The notes beneath the pieces were generated by a model. It did not search any database. It was given only the letters and a program-made list of their open reading frames with translations, and was not told the origin of the DNA. The translations under genes were made by a program, and so were the position numbers. Positions 1 to 10,424 of a stretch of 64,000 nucleotides of DNA are shown here, piece after piece. The DNA is from an uncultured virus (IMG/VR IMGVR_UViG_3300008262_000099) (taxonomy: Duplodnaviria > Heunggongvirae > Uroviricota > Caudoviricetes), in the IMG/VR virus record IMGVR_UViG_3300008262_000099, one strand, 5' to 3'. The first letter of the stretch is position 1. Every line of letters begins with the position of its first letter.

Positions 1-652
1 TTAGGAAAAGTAGTACCAAGCAAGGAGTACTTTGATGCCATCTAAATCTACAAAGTATTCTAAAGTTAGTTCTAGTAGTAAACCAAAAGCAAAATACAAA
101 AAACATCACGTGCACGAAGTTACTACAAGCTTAACAGAAGCAAAAGCAATTGCCAATGATTTGGCAGAAACTAAACGATATGCGTATAGAGCTACAGCTA
201 CGCTAGTTGGTAACGCTGGAATACGTCCTTACGACCCAATTTATATTGATGGCCTACCAAACGGAATGTCTGGATACTGGACAGTTCTAAAAGTTGTTCA
301 TAGATTTGGAAGAATACCTGCTAACTACATGCTTGAAGTAGAGTTAGGTACCGACGTGCTTGGAGAAGAAAACCCTAAAGCTTACAAATCTGTAGAAACT
401 AGGGATGTTAATTCGGAATTAGCTGGACAAAATATTGTTCCAGCAGAGTCCGTATTAGTTGATTACGCTTTTTCTGTAAATGATACTGAGTTATATAAGC
501 CACCTATTGAATCAGTAAATATAAAGCCACGAGATACGGCGGTAACCCCAGCAGTAAACTCTCCGGATTTATACCAAGACTCTATACCAGACTTTTCTGC
601 GGTAAAGAGAAGCACATCTTGGCAAGCTACTAAAGCAAGCAGGGTGCTATGA
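1..652 (+). CDS. Baseplate hub / late control D-like protein, C-terminal part (likely begins before the window)
   Basis: G...IRPYDPIYIDG...GYWTVLKVVHRF motif typical of the hub C-terminus; directly upstream of gpV/gp25/gpJ. Confidence 0.6.
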
Positions 653-1443
653 ACGGGAGAGAAATTAATGACCTTAACTATATGCAAGATCCTTTAGGAA
701 GAGTCAGATTTTTTGGAGTGTACTCAGGTAGAGTTGTGGACGTAACTGATCCCCTTAAAAAGGGTCGCATAAAGGTTCAAGTTCCTCAAGTAACTGGAAC
801 TGAAAGCTCTGGTTGGCTTGACCAAGTAACAGGAAAAATTGCGGATGTAAATATGCCGTATGGAACTTTTACGTCTTCGTCTACCCAGACTATTACAACT
901 TCTATAGCAGCAATTACTGGTTGGACAAAACAGAATGCTAATAAAATTACTGTGAATGGAACACAGATTGTCATACCTGAAACAGGAACTTATTTAATAA
1001 ACTCCTTAGCTACTTTTACAAAAAACTCTTTGGGTCAAAGCAACATATCTTTATCTTTAAGAAAAAACGGGATTGCCGTAGCCAATACCACTCAAACAGT
1101 AACAGCTTTAGGATGGATCAGCGAACACACTATAACGGCGTATACTCATGTAGCCCCATCTGGTGGGGGTACAGTTACCGGTAACCATACAGATATGGTA
1201 ATCAACCATAATGGAACTGCTCCAATACACCAGGTATCTCTTGCCTATACCCTGGAACTAAAAGCAAAAGATTATCTAGAGGTGGGGTGCCAAGGATCTT
1301 CTGCGGGGGCGGCTCTATCGGGCAGTGCTATTACTTCAGTAAATTTTGTAGGAAAGTTTGTACCTAAAATTGGATCAAATGTGTGGGTTATGTTTGAGGG
1401 TGGAGATCCCGAATTTCCCGTATGGATAGGAGCTAAAGCATGA
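649..1443 (+). CDS. Baseplate spike gpV/gp5-type OB-fold protein with internal insertion
   Basis: GVYSGRVVDVTDPLKKGRIKVQVP...SGW and PKIGSNVWVMFEGGDPEFPVWIG motifs. Confidence 0.8.
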   Translation: MNGREINDLNYMQDPLGRVRFFGVYSGRVVDVTDPLKKGRIKVQVPQVTGTESSGWLDQVTGKIADVNMPYGTFTSSSTQTITTSIAAITGWTKQNANKITVNGTQIVIPETGTYLINSLATFTKNSLGQSNISLSLRKNGIAVANTTQTVTALGWISEHTITAYTHVAPSGGGTVTGNHTDMVINHNGTAPIHQVSLAYTLELKAKDYLEVGCQGSSAGAALSGSAITSVNFVGKFVPKIGSNVWVMFEGGDPEFPVWIGAKA

Positions 1444-1835
1444 GAGCAATAAATTACCCGTTTACCCTAGACCTTTTTGGAAAACTAGAGGCGGTAACCA
1501 CCGAGTCTAAAATTTATATGGATAGGATGCTGACACTACTATCCACCCCCAAAGGTCAACGACCATGGAATCCGGACTACGGCACAGACATAGCTAGCGC
1601 TTTGTTTGAAAACGATAATGACTTTTATACGGCTGCTAAGGTAGCCATTACCGAGGCTATGGATCGGTGGCTTCCAGAACTTCGTATTACTAGCCTAGTC
1701 CTAGATGAAATTAGTTCTGAAGGCTATGCGAATATAACCATCGTAGCGGCACTTCCAAACGATAGACTTACCTCTGTTACCATAAGTAGCGCAGTATTTG
1801 GCGCTAATGGACTCATAGAAAGCGCGGCTCAGTAA
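1440..1835 (+). CDS. Baseplate wedge gp25/GPW family
   Basis: LLSTPKGQRPWNPDYGT and WLPEL motifs; position. Confidence 0.85.
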   Translation: MRAINYPFTLDLFGKLEAVTTESKIYMDRMLTLLSTPKGQRPWNPDYGTDIASALFENDNDFYTAAKVAITEAMDRWLPELRITSLVLDEISSEGYANITIVAALPNDRLTSVTISSAVFGANGLIESAAQ

Positions 1836-3367
1836 TGCAAATAGATTACACCTCTAGAGACTATGAGGCTTTGCGTGCTGATTTAGTTCGTTTAATAAAC
1901 CAACGAACTAACTTTAACTGGGATGCTGAGGATGAGTCAGATTTTGGGGCAGTCCTTCTTGACGCCTTTGCTTATATGGGCGACATCATGTCTTATTACC
2001 TAGACCGAGTAGCAAACGAAACTGGGGTTGATACGGCAGTAAAGACGGAGACCCTCCTTAAATTTGCAGAACTTTACGGCTATAAACCCTCAGGACCTAC
2101 CCCCGCAGAACTATTAGTTACTTTTTTAAATAATGGAGATGTTAACGTAACCCTACCTGCTGGTACTCAAGTAATGGCCCCACTAACTACAGGTAACTAT
2201 AGCGAAGTGTATTTTGAAACAGTTGAGGCAATAATTGCGTTGCAACCTGGACAAAGCATCTCAGTATTAACACGAGAAGGAAAAACAGTTAACACAGATC
2301 GTCCAGATTTAATTAGCCCAACTACATATAAGCCCCTTCCTGTAAGCGTAGGAACATCCGATGGATCCTCCGCTCAGGAGTTTGATCTATTTGACACCGG
2401 AATTGTAGACAATAGCTTAGTTGTGTACGTAGGACAAGGAACCGCTTTTACGCCGTGGACATACGTAGAGTCTCTTGCAGATTCTAGTCCACGAGATTTG
2501 GTGTTTACTACAAGGTTAAATGCAGACGGTACTACCACGGTAATATTTGGAGATGGCGTCAATGGATTAATTCCTCAGGCAAACCAATTAATCAGTGCAC
2601 TTTATAAAGTAAGCATCGGCATAGCTGGAAATATATTTGCTGATAAGATAGAAGAAGTTACCTTTATTCCTGGCAATGGAGATCCTGAAGTTCTTTCTTT
2701 AATTGGAGTAAGTAACGGATCTGCCGCTGTCGGTGGAGCAGATGCTGATTCTGGGCCACAGCTTAGAAAAAAAATTAAGGGCGCAATTATATCTAAAAAA
2801 CGAGCAATTACTTTAGCTGACTTTGAGTACCTAGCAAATACAGTGGCGCAGGTAGGTCGTACAAAAGCTATTGGTGCGGTATATACAAACATCACCCTAT
2901 ATATGCAACCACAAGACGACGGAACTGTTACTCCAGGTATTGTGAACTCTGTTGCTACAAATTCATGGACAGAAATAAAAAATAGAGTAGAAAACTACTT
3001 AGACGATAAAATTCCTGTGGGAACTACAGTAACCGTACAGGCCCCAACATATGTTCCCGTATACTTAACCTTAGCAGTAACAATAAGCAATTCCTATAAA
3101 CAATCCGCTGTAAAGCTGAACATATCAAAAGCTCTTTTAAATGCTGGAGGTCTGTTCTCCTATGAGAATAGTGAATTTGGTAAAACAATAACTATGTCTT
3201 CTGTAATCTCTACCGTGGCCCTAATTCCAGGTGTAGAAGACGTAACCTTGGTCAAGTTCAATACAACTAACGCGGCATCTGTCGGTACAATCTCATTAAG
3301 TGCAGGACAACTTGGATACCTTCTGCCTACTAACCTTGTATTCAACCTAACCGGTGGAATAGCCTAG
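1835..3367 (+). CDS. Baseplate wedge J / gp6-like protein
   Basis: DYTSRDYEAL, YYLDRVANE, FGDGVNG, RAITLADFE motifs. Confidence 0.85.
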   Translation: MQIDYTSRDYEALRADLVRLINQRTNFNWDAEDESDFGAVLLDAFAYMGDIMSYYLDRVANETGVDTAVKTETLLKFAELYGYKPSGPTPAELLVTFLNNGDVNVTLPAGTQVMAPLTTGNYSEVYFETVEAIIALQPGQSISVLTREGKTVNTDRPDLISPTTYKPLPVSVGTSDGSSAQEFDLFDTGIVDNSLVVYVGQGTAFTPWTYVESLADSSPRDLVFTTRLNADGTTTVIFGDGVNGLIPQANQLISALYKVSIGIAGNIFADKIEEVTFIPGNGDPEVLSLIGVSNGSAAVGGADADSGPQLRKKIKGAIISKKRAITLADFEYLANTVAQVGRTKAIGAVYTNITLYMQPQDDGTVTPGIVNSVATNSWTEIKNRVENYLDDKIPVGTTVTVQAPTYVPVYLTLAVTISNSYKQSAVKLNISKALLNAGGLFSYENSEFGKTITMSSVISTVALIPGVEDVTLVKFNTTNAASVGTISLSAGQLGYLLPTNLVFNLTGGIA

Positions 3368-3380
3368 AAAAGGAAAAATA

Positions 3381-3923
3381 ATGCCAGCCTCATTTCCCAC
3401 GTCGGTAAGAAGCTTTACTACAAAAGTAGATCTTCAAGATACCATTCTTGCTGATCACATTAACTCGCTACAAGATGAAGTACGTGCCATTGAAATTGCT
3501 CTTAATGGAACAGTTGATGCTACTAATGGTTTATTAACTTCAAACTATACAGGAACGTTTGCCTCTACATCTTCTTGGAATTCTTTGGATGAGCGCATAT
3601 CAAATATTGAACGTGGCTTGGTAAATGGCGTTCCTACTTCCCCATATTTGCTTAAGGCTGGGGATAACATGACTGTAGCTAACGTTGTTGCGTTAACTTT
3701 AAAAAATAGCTCAGCCACGGTAACAAGCAACTTATTTGAAGCATATAACTCTACCAATACTCTTGGGTTTAATCTAAACGGAAATGCTCAACCTAAGGTT
3801 GGAACAGCAAATGTTTTATACGTGGGTAGCTCTGAATACAACACGTTAAACACTACCGCTAACGAAGCATATGCAACAGCCCAAGCAGTTAGGTTTGACC
3901 CTTTCCTTCTAGCCGGAATGTAA
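3381..3923 (+). CDS. Tail/baseplate structural protein
   Basis: ADHINSLQDEVRAIE motif; follows gpJ; SD AAGGA. Confidence 0.5.
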   Translation: MPASFPTSVRSFTTKVDLQDTILADHINSLQDEVRAIEIALNGTVDATNGLLTSNYTGTFASTSSWNSLDERISNIERGLVNGVPTSPYLLKAGDNMTVANVVALTLKNSSATVTSNLFEAYNSTNTLGFNLNGNAQPKVGTANVLYVGSSEYNTLNTTANEAYATAQAVRFDPFLLAGM

Positions 3924-3927
3924 CTAA

Positions 3928-6570
3928 ATGGGTCGTTATTCGTTTGTTGTATACGGACAGGCTGGACTTAAATATGGCCAGATAGAAAACAATCGTGCGT
4001 ACTATAACGGAAATCTTAGGGCTATTCCACTTACGTATGGTGCAGTTTATCTATATTGGAGCTCTGTATTAACAGACCCAGAAAAAGAATTAAGTCCGGG
4101 AGTAGCTGCAACAGTTACGCACTGGAGAATAAACAGAAATTTTAGCGGTGCGGCTGATGATCCTTATGATGGGACAATTGTCGATAGTGGAACCATTTCA
4201 AATTATAGGACTACCGCTATAGATGGACCTTTGGATGGAGGAAGACAGGTAACCTATTCTCTTTGGATATTCGACGGCGATGATTGGATTAACTGCGGAA
4301 ACACCTCAACTGTAATTGTAGATGAGTCAGTAACCCCTACTTTAGTAAAAATAGAAAAGTGGTTGCCAGCTGCCTGGCTAAATATAGAAGGAGACGAAAT
4401 AGGTGAGCCTGATGACACCTATTTAAATGACGTTCTTTCTGGGTATGCTTTTGCGTACGATAAGTTAAGAACCGAAGCTAAGGTACTAGAGTTATCAATG
4501 GACTATAAGTACACCCCCGTTGAACTATTACAATCTAAAATAGAAGAACGTGGGTTTAGTTATGAACCTGTTTTGGGAGACATTTACCACAGAAGCGTGT
4601 ACCGAGTTAGTGAAAAAGTAAATGCAACTAAAGGAAGCACACAGTCTATACAGTCTTATGTAACCGCTCTTACTCACTGGGTTCCAGAAATAGAAGTTGG
4701 TAAAAATCTTCTTTTAAATTATAATGATTCTTCTTTTGAAGAGTCAATTGGAAATTGGGTAACCTCTGTAGGTAATTTTGCGCAGGTAAAGTACTCTGAT
4801 TCTTTTGCCACAGTTGGTATAGCTATAGGTCCACCTAGCCCAGAACTGTTTTACAATCCTGGGTTTAATCCTAGATCTATAGGGTTTGGTTGGATTCATG
4901 GACACAACACTTCTCCAGTTCTTAATTTACCTTCAACCTCTGCAGATAAAGTTTTATACGGGGTGCCTGTAAAACCTGCAACTAGATATAGATTTACTGG
5001 TTGGTTAAGAATAAAAGACTCTAGTAAAACCGGATCAGTTGCTGCAAAGATCAATTGGTATGACAGAGCAGGTACTTTGATATCTTCAACAGCAAATAAT
5101 ACAGCGCTAACTGGTACAACTACTTGGCAAGAATTTGCATCAAAATCGGACTCTGGAGTAAATGGCCAACTGTCACCGGATAACGCGGCGTATGCATCTA
5201 TAGCCCTTACCTTTACAAATAACAACAATCAAGTTGAATACTTTATAGACATGTTGCAGCTTGCAGTTGCTGATGGAACCACTACGTTTGAAGATGCAAG
5301 AAAAGTTCTTATATACGCAGCTGGAGATAAAACTAATCTTATTCACAACCCGTCTTTTGAAAATAATACAAATTTTTGGACACCGCACGACGGCACTTTG
5401 ACTAGGGTAACCACGCCAGCTTACGCAATCCATAGGGGTTCTTATGCTGCACAGTTTGTTGCTTCAACTACAGATAGGGCTGGAATAGTAAGTGATTGGA
5501 TGCCGGTAAGAGCCGGACAAGCATATACATTTACTGCTTATGTTAGTGCTCAGTCCTCAAAAGAAATTACAGCTCGTCTTGAATTTTCTTCATTACAGTC
5601 TGCTGAAGATCAGTCTCAAATTCTTTCTGATGAGGACGGGGACTATTACCCTACAGGCTCTTATTACGTAGAGGCTATAGAAGAAGAAGTATCAACTTCT
5701 GCTACTAGAGTACAGGTAACTGCTATAGCCCCTACCTATGTAATAGACGCGGGAGCGCCGTCAGCAAAAGTTTCTTTATTTTTAACTAATCCAGAAGTTG
5801 GAGATATTTTTTATGTAGACGGAGTACAACTAGAACGTAGTGGAGTAGAGTCTACATACTTTGATGGAGATGGCGCAAATATTCCGGCTGATCCTATCAA
5901 TGAAGAAGTTATAGAAACAAGCGATTGTAAGTGGGAAAATGACTCCACATCCTCTGGTCGTAGTTATCGCTGGACTAATTATGCAGCTAAAGCTGCAAGA
6001 TTAGTAGACACTATTAGTTTAGTTCTTCCTTATGCTGCAAGCTGGGAACTAAGACCAGGATTACCCACCCCTAAATTTCCAGAATTAACACCATCAATTT
6101 TACAGTCTCCTTCTTTTGAATCCTCTACTGATGGGTGGAATACTGATTCCTCACTTTTAACTAGAGCAGTATTTAGAGGAACGCTATTTGACGAGTACTC
6201 CACAAATGGAGTTGCTTTTGGAAAAGTTACGTCTACTGCGGCAACTACTTTTGGAATACATAGTGACATAGAACTAATAGATACCCTTTCGGGGTATTAC
6301 GCATCTGTAGCCATTAAACCTGAAAACGCGGATGCTTTTGGAAACTACACATTAAAAGCTAGGTTTTATGATGAGTCAAATGTTGTTTTACAAACTAAAG
6401 TTAAAACAGTACGTATACAGGCACTAAATCGTTGGGCGTATATTTCCGTGTACGCTCCAAAAGCTGAAATTTATGGGGCGTCTAAAGCTGACATTAAAAT
6501 TGAATGTACTCCAGATCTTCCTGCCCCAGGTATAGTATTCGACGTGGATAGGGTAATATTCCGTCAATAG
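3928..6570 (+). CDS. Tail/baseplate protein with carbohydrate-binding-module-like repeats
   Basis: 880 aa; three recurring SFE...W units (DSSFEESIGNW, NPSFENNTNFW, SPSFESSTDGW); KGS..SI tail-I-like segment. Confidence 0.6.
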   Translation: MGRYSFVVYGQAGLKYGQIENNRAYYNGNLRAIPLTYGAVYLYWSSVLTDPEKELSPGVAATVTHWRINRNFSGAADDPYDGTIVDSGTISNYRTTAIDGPLDGGRQVTYSLWIFDGDDWINCGNTSTVIVDESVTPTLVKIEKWLPAAWLNIEGDEIGEPDDTYLNDVLSGYAFAYDKLRTEAKVLELSMDYKYTPVELLQSKIEERGFSYEPVLGDIYHRSVYRVSEKVNATKGSTQSIQSYVTALTHWVPEIEVGKNLLLNYNDSSFEESIGNWVTSVGNFAQVKYSDSFATVGIAIGPPSPELFYNPGFNPRSIGFGWIHGHNTSPVLNLPSTSADKVLYGVPVKPATRYRFTGWLRIKDSSKTGSVAAKINWYDRAGTLISSTANNTALTGTTTWQEFASKSDSGVNGQLSPDNAAYASIALTFTNNNNQVEYFIDMLQLAVADGTTTFEDARKVLIYAAGDKTNLIHNPSFENNTNFWTPHDGTLTRVTTPAYAIHRGSYAAQFVASTTDRAGIVSDWMPVRAGQAYTFTAYVSAQSSKEITARLEFSSLQSAEDQSQILSDEDGDYYPTGSYYVEAIEEEVSTSATRVQVTAIAPTYVIDAGAPSAKVSLFLTNPEVGDIFYVDGVQLERSGVESTYFDGDGANIPADPINEEVIETSDCKWENDSTSSGRSYRWTNYAAKAARLVDTISLVLPYAASWELRPGLPTPKFPELTPSILQSPSFESSTDGWNTDSSLLTRAVFRGTLFDEYSTNGVAFGKVTSTAATTFGIHSDIELIDTLSGYYASVAIKPENADAFGNYTLKARFYDESNVVLQTKVKTVRIQALNRWAYISVYAPKAEIYGASKADIKIECTPDLPAPGIVFDVDRVIFRQ

Positions 6571-6578
6571 GAGGCGCC

Positions 6579-6839
6579 ATGGAAACAGTCTTTATAGCCG
6601 CTTTGGCTTCTGCCTGTTTGCTGTCTGCCATAGAAGGTTTAATACGTCCAATAGGCAAATGGCGCGGTCTAGTGGCTCTTATAGCCTCTATAGGAGCAGC
6701 CCTAGTCCTGGATACTAAGATCCTTTATTTGCCCGTCTATGGGCTTGCAGCGGCCTTTTTAGCCCTAGTCTTTACCCTCTTGGTAGACGAGTGGAGCGCC
6801 CCAGCCCCCAAGTTGCCACCAAGGGTCCCACCACGCTAG
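6579..6839 (+). CDS. Small membrane protein (about 3 TM)
   Basis: Hydrophobic 86 aa ORF, SD GGAGG. Confidence 0.55.
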   Translation: METVFIAALASACLLSAIEGLIRPIGKWRGLVALIASIGAALVLDTKILYLPVYGLAAAFLALVFTLLVDEWSAPAPKLPPRVPPR

Positions 6840-6862
6840 AGTCCTCCTTTGAAGGAGGGCTT

Positions 6863-7810
6863 ATGAAATCACCCGCATCAGATCCGCGGTTATCAAAACG
6901 AGCCGTGGGATTTTTTTATTTCTATTTAGAAATCGGTAGAGTCATATCTGCTGAGGAAGCTGTGGATCGCCCGGATGTTAATGAGGGACGAGACGCAATA
7001 CGTAGCGCTATGAAAGAACTTGAATTAGCTGGTTATATCAAAATGGAACAGCATCGAGTAAAAGGTCAATTCCGCACCTATTGGAAGTTTGCTGAAGAAG
7101 ACCTTAATATGCCTTATGTAAAGAAAACCAGTGACGGGTTTTCCGTCAGCGGTTTTTCAGGCAGTCTATACATTAATAGTGGGACAGTCGCTAGTACTAA
7201 TACTAGCGATAAGTCACTTAGCTTAAAGAGAGATAAAGTACTACGTACTTTATCTCTAGGTCCTGACGGACGGGAAGGAGAAGATATGGGTTGGCCTTTT
7301 GAAGAAGAAGATTCAACATCGCCAAAGAAGAAAGTCGCCAAGGAGATGGACGCAACACCAGGCGCCGTAGGAAAAATTGAAGACCGTCAAGCACGACTAA
7401 ACGCAAAGTACAAGCGCACAAAGTTTGAGGCAGTCCCTAAACACATGCGCCGTAACGAACGTGTTGAAGAGGACTGGGATGTTAACGACATCATCGCAGA
7501 GTTTTATGACTTGCTTCGTGAAAATGTTCCCGGAGTTCCCGGGCAGATTAATCGTGATCATCTACGCAACTGGATGTTACGCATGTTTGGAGAAGGATCT
7601 ACAAATGTGGGAATGCTAAAAGCAGTTCGCATGTTCTTTAAAGATCCACGATTAATTCGTGATGCTGGAATCGGTGAGCCATTGTGGCGTCGGTTTGTGG
7701 CATACTACGGAACTGTTCATGGAATTGTGCACCGCGATCAGCAACCTGAGGGCGATGCAGAAGCTATGAAACAACATCAGGAAAAGATGTTGAAACTACT
7801 GGAGGGGTAA
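6863..7810 (+). CDS. Replication initiator-like protein (N-terminal winged HTH)
   Basis: DPRLS..A.G, EGRDAIRSAMKELELAGYI; upstream of DnaC-like ATPase; start moved to ATG 6863 after AAGGAGG. Confidence 0.65.
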   Translation: MKSPASDPRLSKRAVGFFYFYLEIGRVISAEEAVDRPDVNEGRDAIRSAMKELELAGYIKMEQHRVKGQFRTYWKFAEEDLNMPYVKKTSDGFSVSGFSGSLYINSGTVASTNTSDKSLSLKRDKVLRTLSLGPDGREGEDMGWPFEEEDSTSPKKKVAKEMDATPGAVGKIEDRQARLNAKYKRTKFEAVPKHMRRNERVEEDWDVNDIIAEFYDLLRENVPGVPGQINRDHLRNWMLRMFGEGSTNVGMLKAVRMFFKDPRLIRDAGIGEPLWRRFVAYYGTVHGIVHRDQQPEGDAEAMKQHQEKMLKLLEG

Positions 7811-8487
7811 TGTATTCACTAGAGGGCTTACCAGGAAGTAAGAGAGCACAAATTAATAATGCTAACTTTCCTGCAAAAACTATTGGCATGCGTTTAGAGG
7901 ATTTAGATCATTTACCAAATCAAATTCCAATGTGGCTTGGTTTAGTAAAGAAACAACTTGTAGTTCGTTCGTTTGGGGAAAAGACTTGTGGTCTTGGGTT
8001 GCTACTCCAGGGCAGCCCGGGCCACGGTAAAACAACGATGGCATCTGCTGTAGCACAGGAGCTCATACTGACAGCAGAGTCTTCTGTCTGGGGAAACTCA
8101 ACTAGCTTTGTAAGAAGACCAGTTATGTTTCTTGATTACCCAAAGCTATTAAGATTACAAAAAATGAGTTGGTCTGAAGATGACGACTCTATTGAATTGC
8201 TTATCAAAGGCTTATATGGAGAGGCGGGCAAAGAAAACGATGTTTGTCTGCTCATACTAGATGACTTAGGAAAAGAATATAGGACCGCTTCAGGGTGGGC
8301 AGAAAATACTTTTGATGCTTTACTTAGGGCACGGTTTAACGCCGGTTTGCCAACGATAGTCACAACCAACTATTCTTTGGATAAGTGGGATGACATGTAT
8401 GGTGAGTCGATGGGAAGTTTTGGCCACGAAGCTTTTGTTCCTATTGACGTAGTATCAGAGAAGGGAGATAGAAGACGATGGGCTTGA
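7810..8487 (+). CDS. DnaC/IstB-like helicase loader ATPase
   Basis: Walker A GSPGHGKT, Walker B LLILDDLGKE, PTIVTTN, GDRR. Confidence 0.85.
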   Translation: MYSLEGLPGSKRAQINNANFPAKTIGMRLEDLDHLPNQIPMWLGLVKKQLVVRSFGEKTCGLGLLLQGSPGHGKTTMASAVAQELILTAESSVWGNSTSFVRRPVMFLDYPKLLRLQKMSWSEDDDSIELLIKGLYGEAGKENDVCLLILDDLGKEYRTASGWAENTFDALLRARFNAGLPTIVTTNYSLDKWDDMYGESMGSFGHEAFVPIDVVSEKGDRRRWA

Positions 8488-8774
8488 AAATGAATGACTG
8501 GCAAGTGTTACAGATCTTTCTGTCAGAGACGGGCGTGCACGAAGTAGAACTAAACTCTGACGGTAAGACTTTACGCTGTAATTGTCCTGGTTCTGAGAGA
8601 AGAGCTCAATGCAAACATATGCGGTTTGTTAGAGTTAAGATGAACAGGAATGGTGGAATTTATCCTTGCGATCTTTCTACTCGTGCGTCTAAGCTAGACG
8701 CTATTGCCGCAAGTCAAGATCCAAAAGTATTTAGACAACTTCTAATTGATTACGGAAAAATTGAGGTAGTCTAA
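8478..8774 (+). CDS. SWIM zinc-finger protein
   Basis: CNCP...CKH motif. Confidence 0.7.
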   Translation: MGLKMNDWQVLQIFLSETGVHEVELNSDGKTLRCNCPGSERRAQCKHMRFVRVKMNRNGGIYPCDLSTRASKLDAIAASQDPKVFRQLLIDYGKIEVV

Positions 8775-8775
8775 C

Positions 8776-9183
8776 TTGAAGGGGGGCGATATCTCTAACG
8801 GGATTCCTTTGAGAGTAGTGGTAACTTTAGATTGCATTATTGATCGAAAGCCCACTTTCAAACGGGTCCTAGGTGTCCCTGTAGTAGGGGAAGAAGTTTC
8901 TTACAATAGACAGGCGCTGTCTTTATTCTGGCGCTTTGCTGACAAATATGGTTATTCCATGGAGCTTGTAGGCTTTGACATGTCTACCAAAGAAATGCAG
9001 CAAGTCCAGGAAGATTTAGACAATTTGGGTACTAACCCTTTTAACTATTATCTTAGATATAACGTAGTAGCCGATCTTGTGGCTGAGCTGCCTTACCGCC
9101 CTGAACTTGTCGGAGTTGTGGATATACCATCTCGTGCTCTACGATATGGCAGCAAGTTTATAGACCTGGGGGGGAAGATCTAA
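8776..9183 (+). CDS. Hypothetical protein, degenerate HAD-like fold
   Basis: MKGGDISN..VVVTLDCII; TTG start; packed in operon. Confidence 0.4.
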   Translation: MKGGDISNGIPLRVVVTLDCIIDRKPTFKRVLGVPVVGEEVSYNRQALSLFWRFADKYGYSMELVGFDMSTKEMQQVQEDLDNLGTNPFNYYLRYNVVADLVAELPYRPELVGVVDIPSRALRYGSKFIDLGGKI

Positions 9184-10424
9184 TGGCAGCTGATAATGAA
9201 CTTCGTCTTCTGTCTAGAGCAATTAGAACACGGGATATATCTCCACTTCTTGAGGCTGGTGTAAAAGGTGACTGGTTCTTTGTAGAAGACAATAGATCAG
9301 TATGGAATTTCGTAGTAAATCATTGGACTAAATATCAAGAAGTTCCTACAGCTGTGACTGTAAAAGATAACTTTCCTACATATAACTTACTTGCTGTAGA
9401 TGATTCACTGGATTATTTATTAGATCAATTAATTGAATATCGTAAACGTCAAAAAACTATTGATGTAGTACAGGCTGCAGCAGAAGCAATTCAAGGCGGA
9501 GATCATGATGCAGCTATCGCTGCTATGAGTGTTGGCGTTGCCAAGATTGCAGACGAAGGCATAAAAGATTCTGGTGATATCGATCTTACGGACAATGCAT
9601 CACAGCGTTTTGATGAGTATCTATCTATCAAGACTAGACCAAACGGTTTGCTTGGTATGGCTACCGGGTTTCCTACAATCGACAAGGCTACTGCCGGATT
9701 ACAGCCAGGCCAGTTAGTAACAATTATTGCTCCACCAAAGACAGGTAAGTCTGTCCTTGCAATGCAAATTGCAGTTAACGTCCACGAAGATGGTTTCGTA
9801 CCCATGTTCCAATCATTTGAGATGACTAACATTGAGCAACAACATCGTCACGACGCAATGCGTGCCAAGATTGCACATTCTCGCTTGATTCGTGGATCCT
9901 TAAATCAACAAGAAGAAGCTCGATATAGAGCAGCACTTTCAAAGATGGAAAGTATGCACAACTTCTATCTAACTGACGCAGTACCTTCAATGACGGTTAC
10001 GGGTCTTGCTGCCAAGATTGATAAGCTTCGTCCCAATATAGTATTTGTAGACGGTGTTTACCTTATGTTAGATGAAATCACGGGGGAGATTAACACACCT
10101 CAATCTATTACAAATGTCACCCGTAACTTAAAGAAATTAGCAATGTCCAAAGAACTTCCAATGGTTATCTCTACCCAGGTTCTTCTTTGGAAGATGAAGA
10201 AGCGCCAAGTTTCGGCGGACGCCATTGGATATTCATCTTCGTTCTACCAGGACTCAGATGTAATCCTTGGTCTACAAAAGCAAGATGAGAATGACGATAC
10301 ATCTAGAGAGTTAAAAATTGTTGCAAGTCGCAACTGCGGGCCAGCATCCACTGACCTGTTATGGGATTGGGAAGAAGGGAAGTTTGAAGAGTATGGATCT
10401 CTATTTGGAAACACATCCATTTAA
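9183..10424 (+). CDS. dnaB: Replicative DNA helicase DnaB-like
   Basis: TGFPTID, APPKTGKS, SFEM, VFVDGVYLM, SSSFYQDSD, SRN. Confidence 0.9.
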   Translation: MAADNELRLLSRAIRTRDISPLLEAGVKGDWFFVEDNRSVWNFVVNHWTKYQEVPTAVTVKDNFPTYNLLAVDDSLDYLLDQLIEYRKRQKTIDVVQAAAEAIQGGDHDAAIAAMSVGVAKIADEGIKDSGDIDLTDNASQRFDEYLSIKTRPNGLLGMATGFPTIDKATAGLQPGQLVTIIAPPKTGKSVLAMQIAVNVHEDGFVPMFQSFEMTNIEQQHRHDAMRAKIAHSRLIRGSLNQQEEARYRAALSKMESMHNFYLTDAVPSMTVTGLAAKIDKLRPNIVFVDGVYLMLDEITGEINTPQSITNVTRNLKKLAMSKELPMVISTQVLLWKMKKRQVSADAIGYSSSFYQDSDVILGLQKQDENDDTSRELKIVASRNCGPASTDLLWDWEEGKFEEYGSLFGNTSI

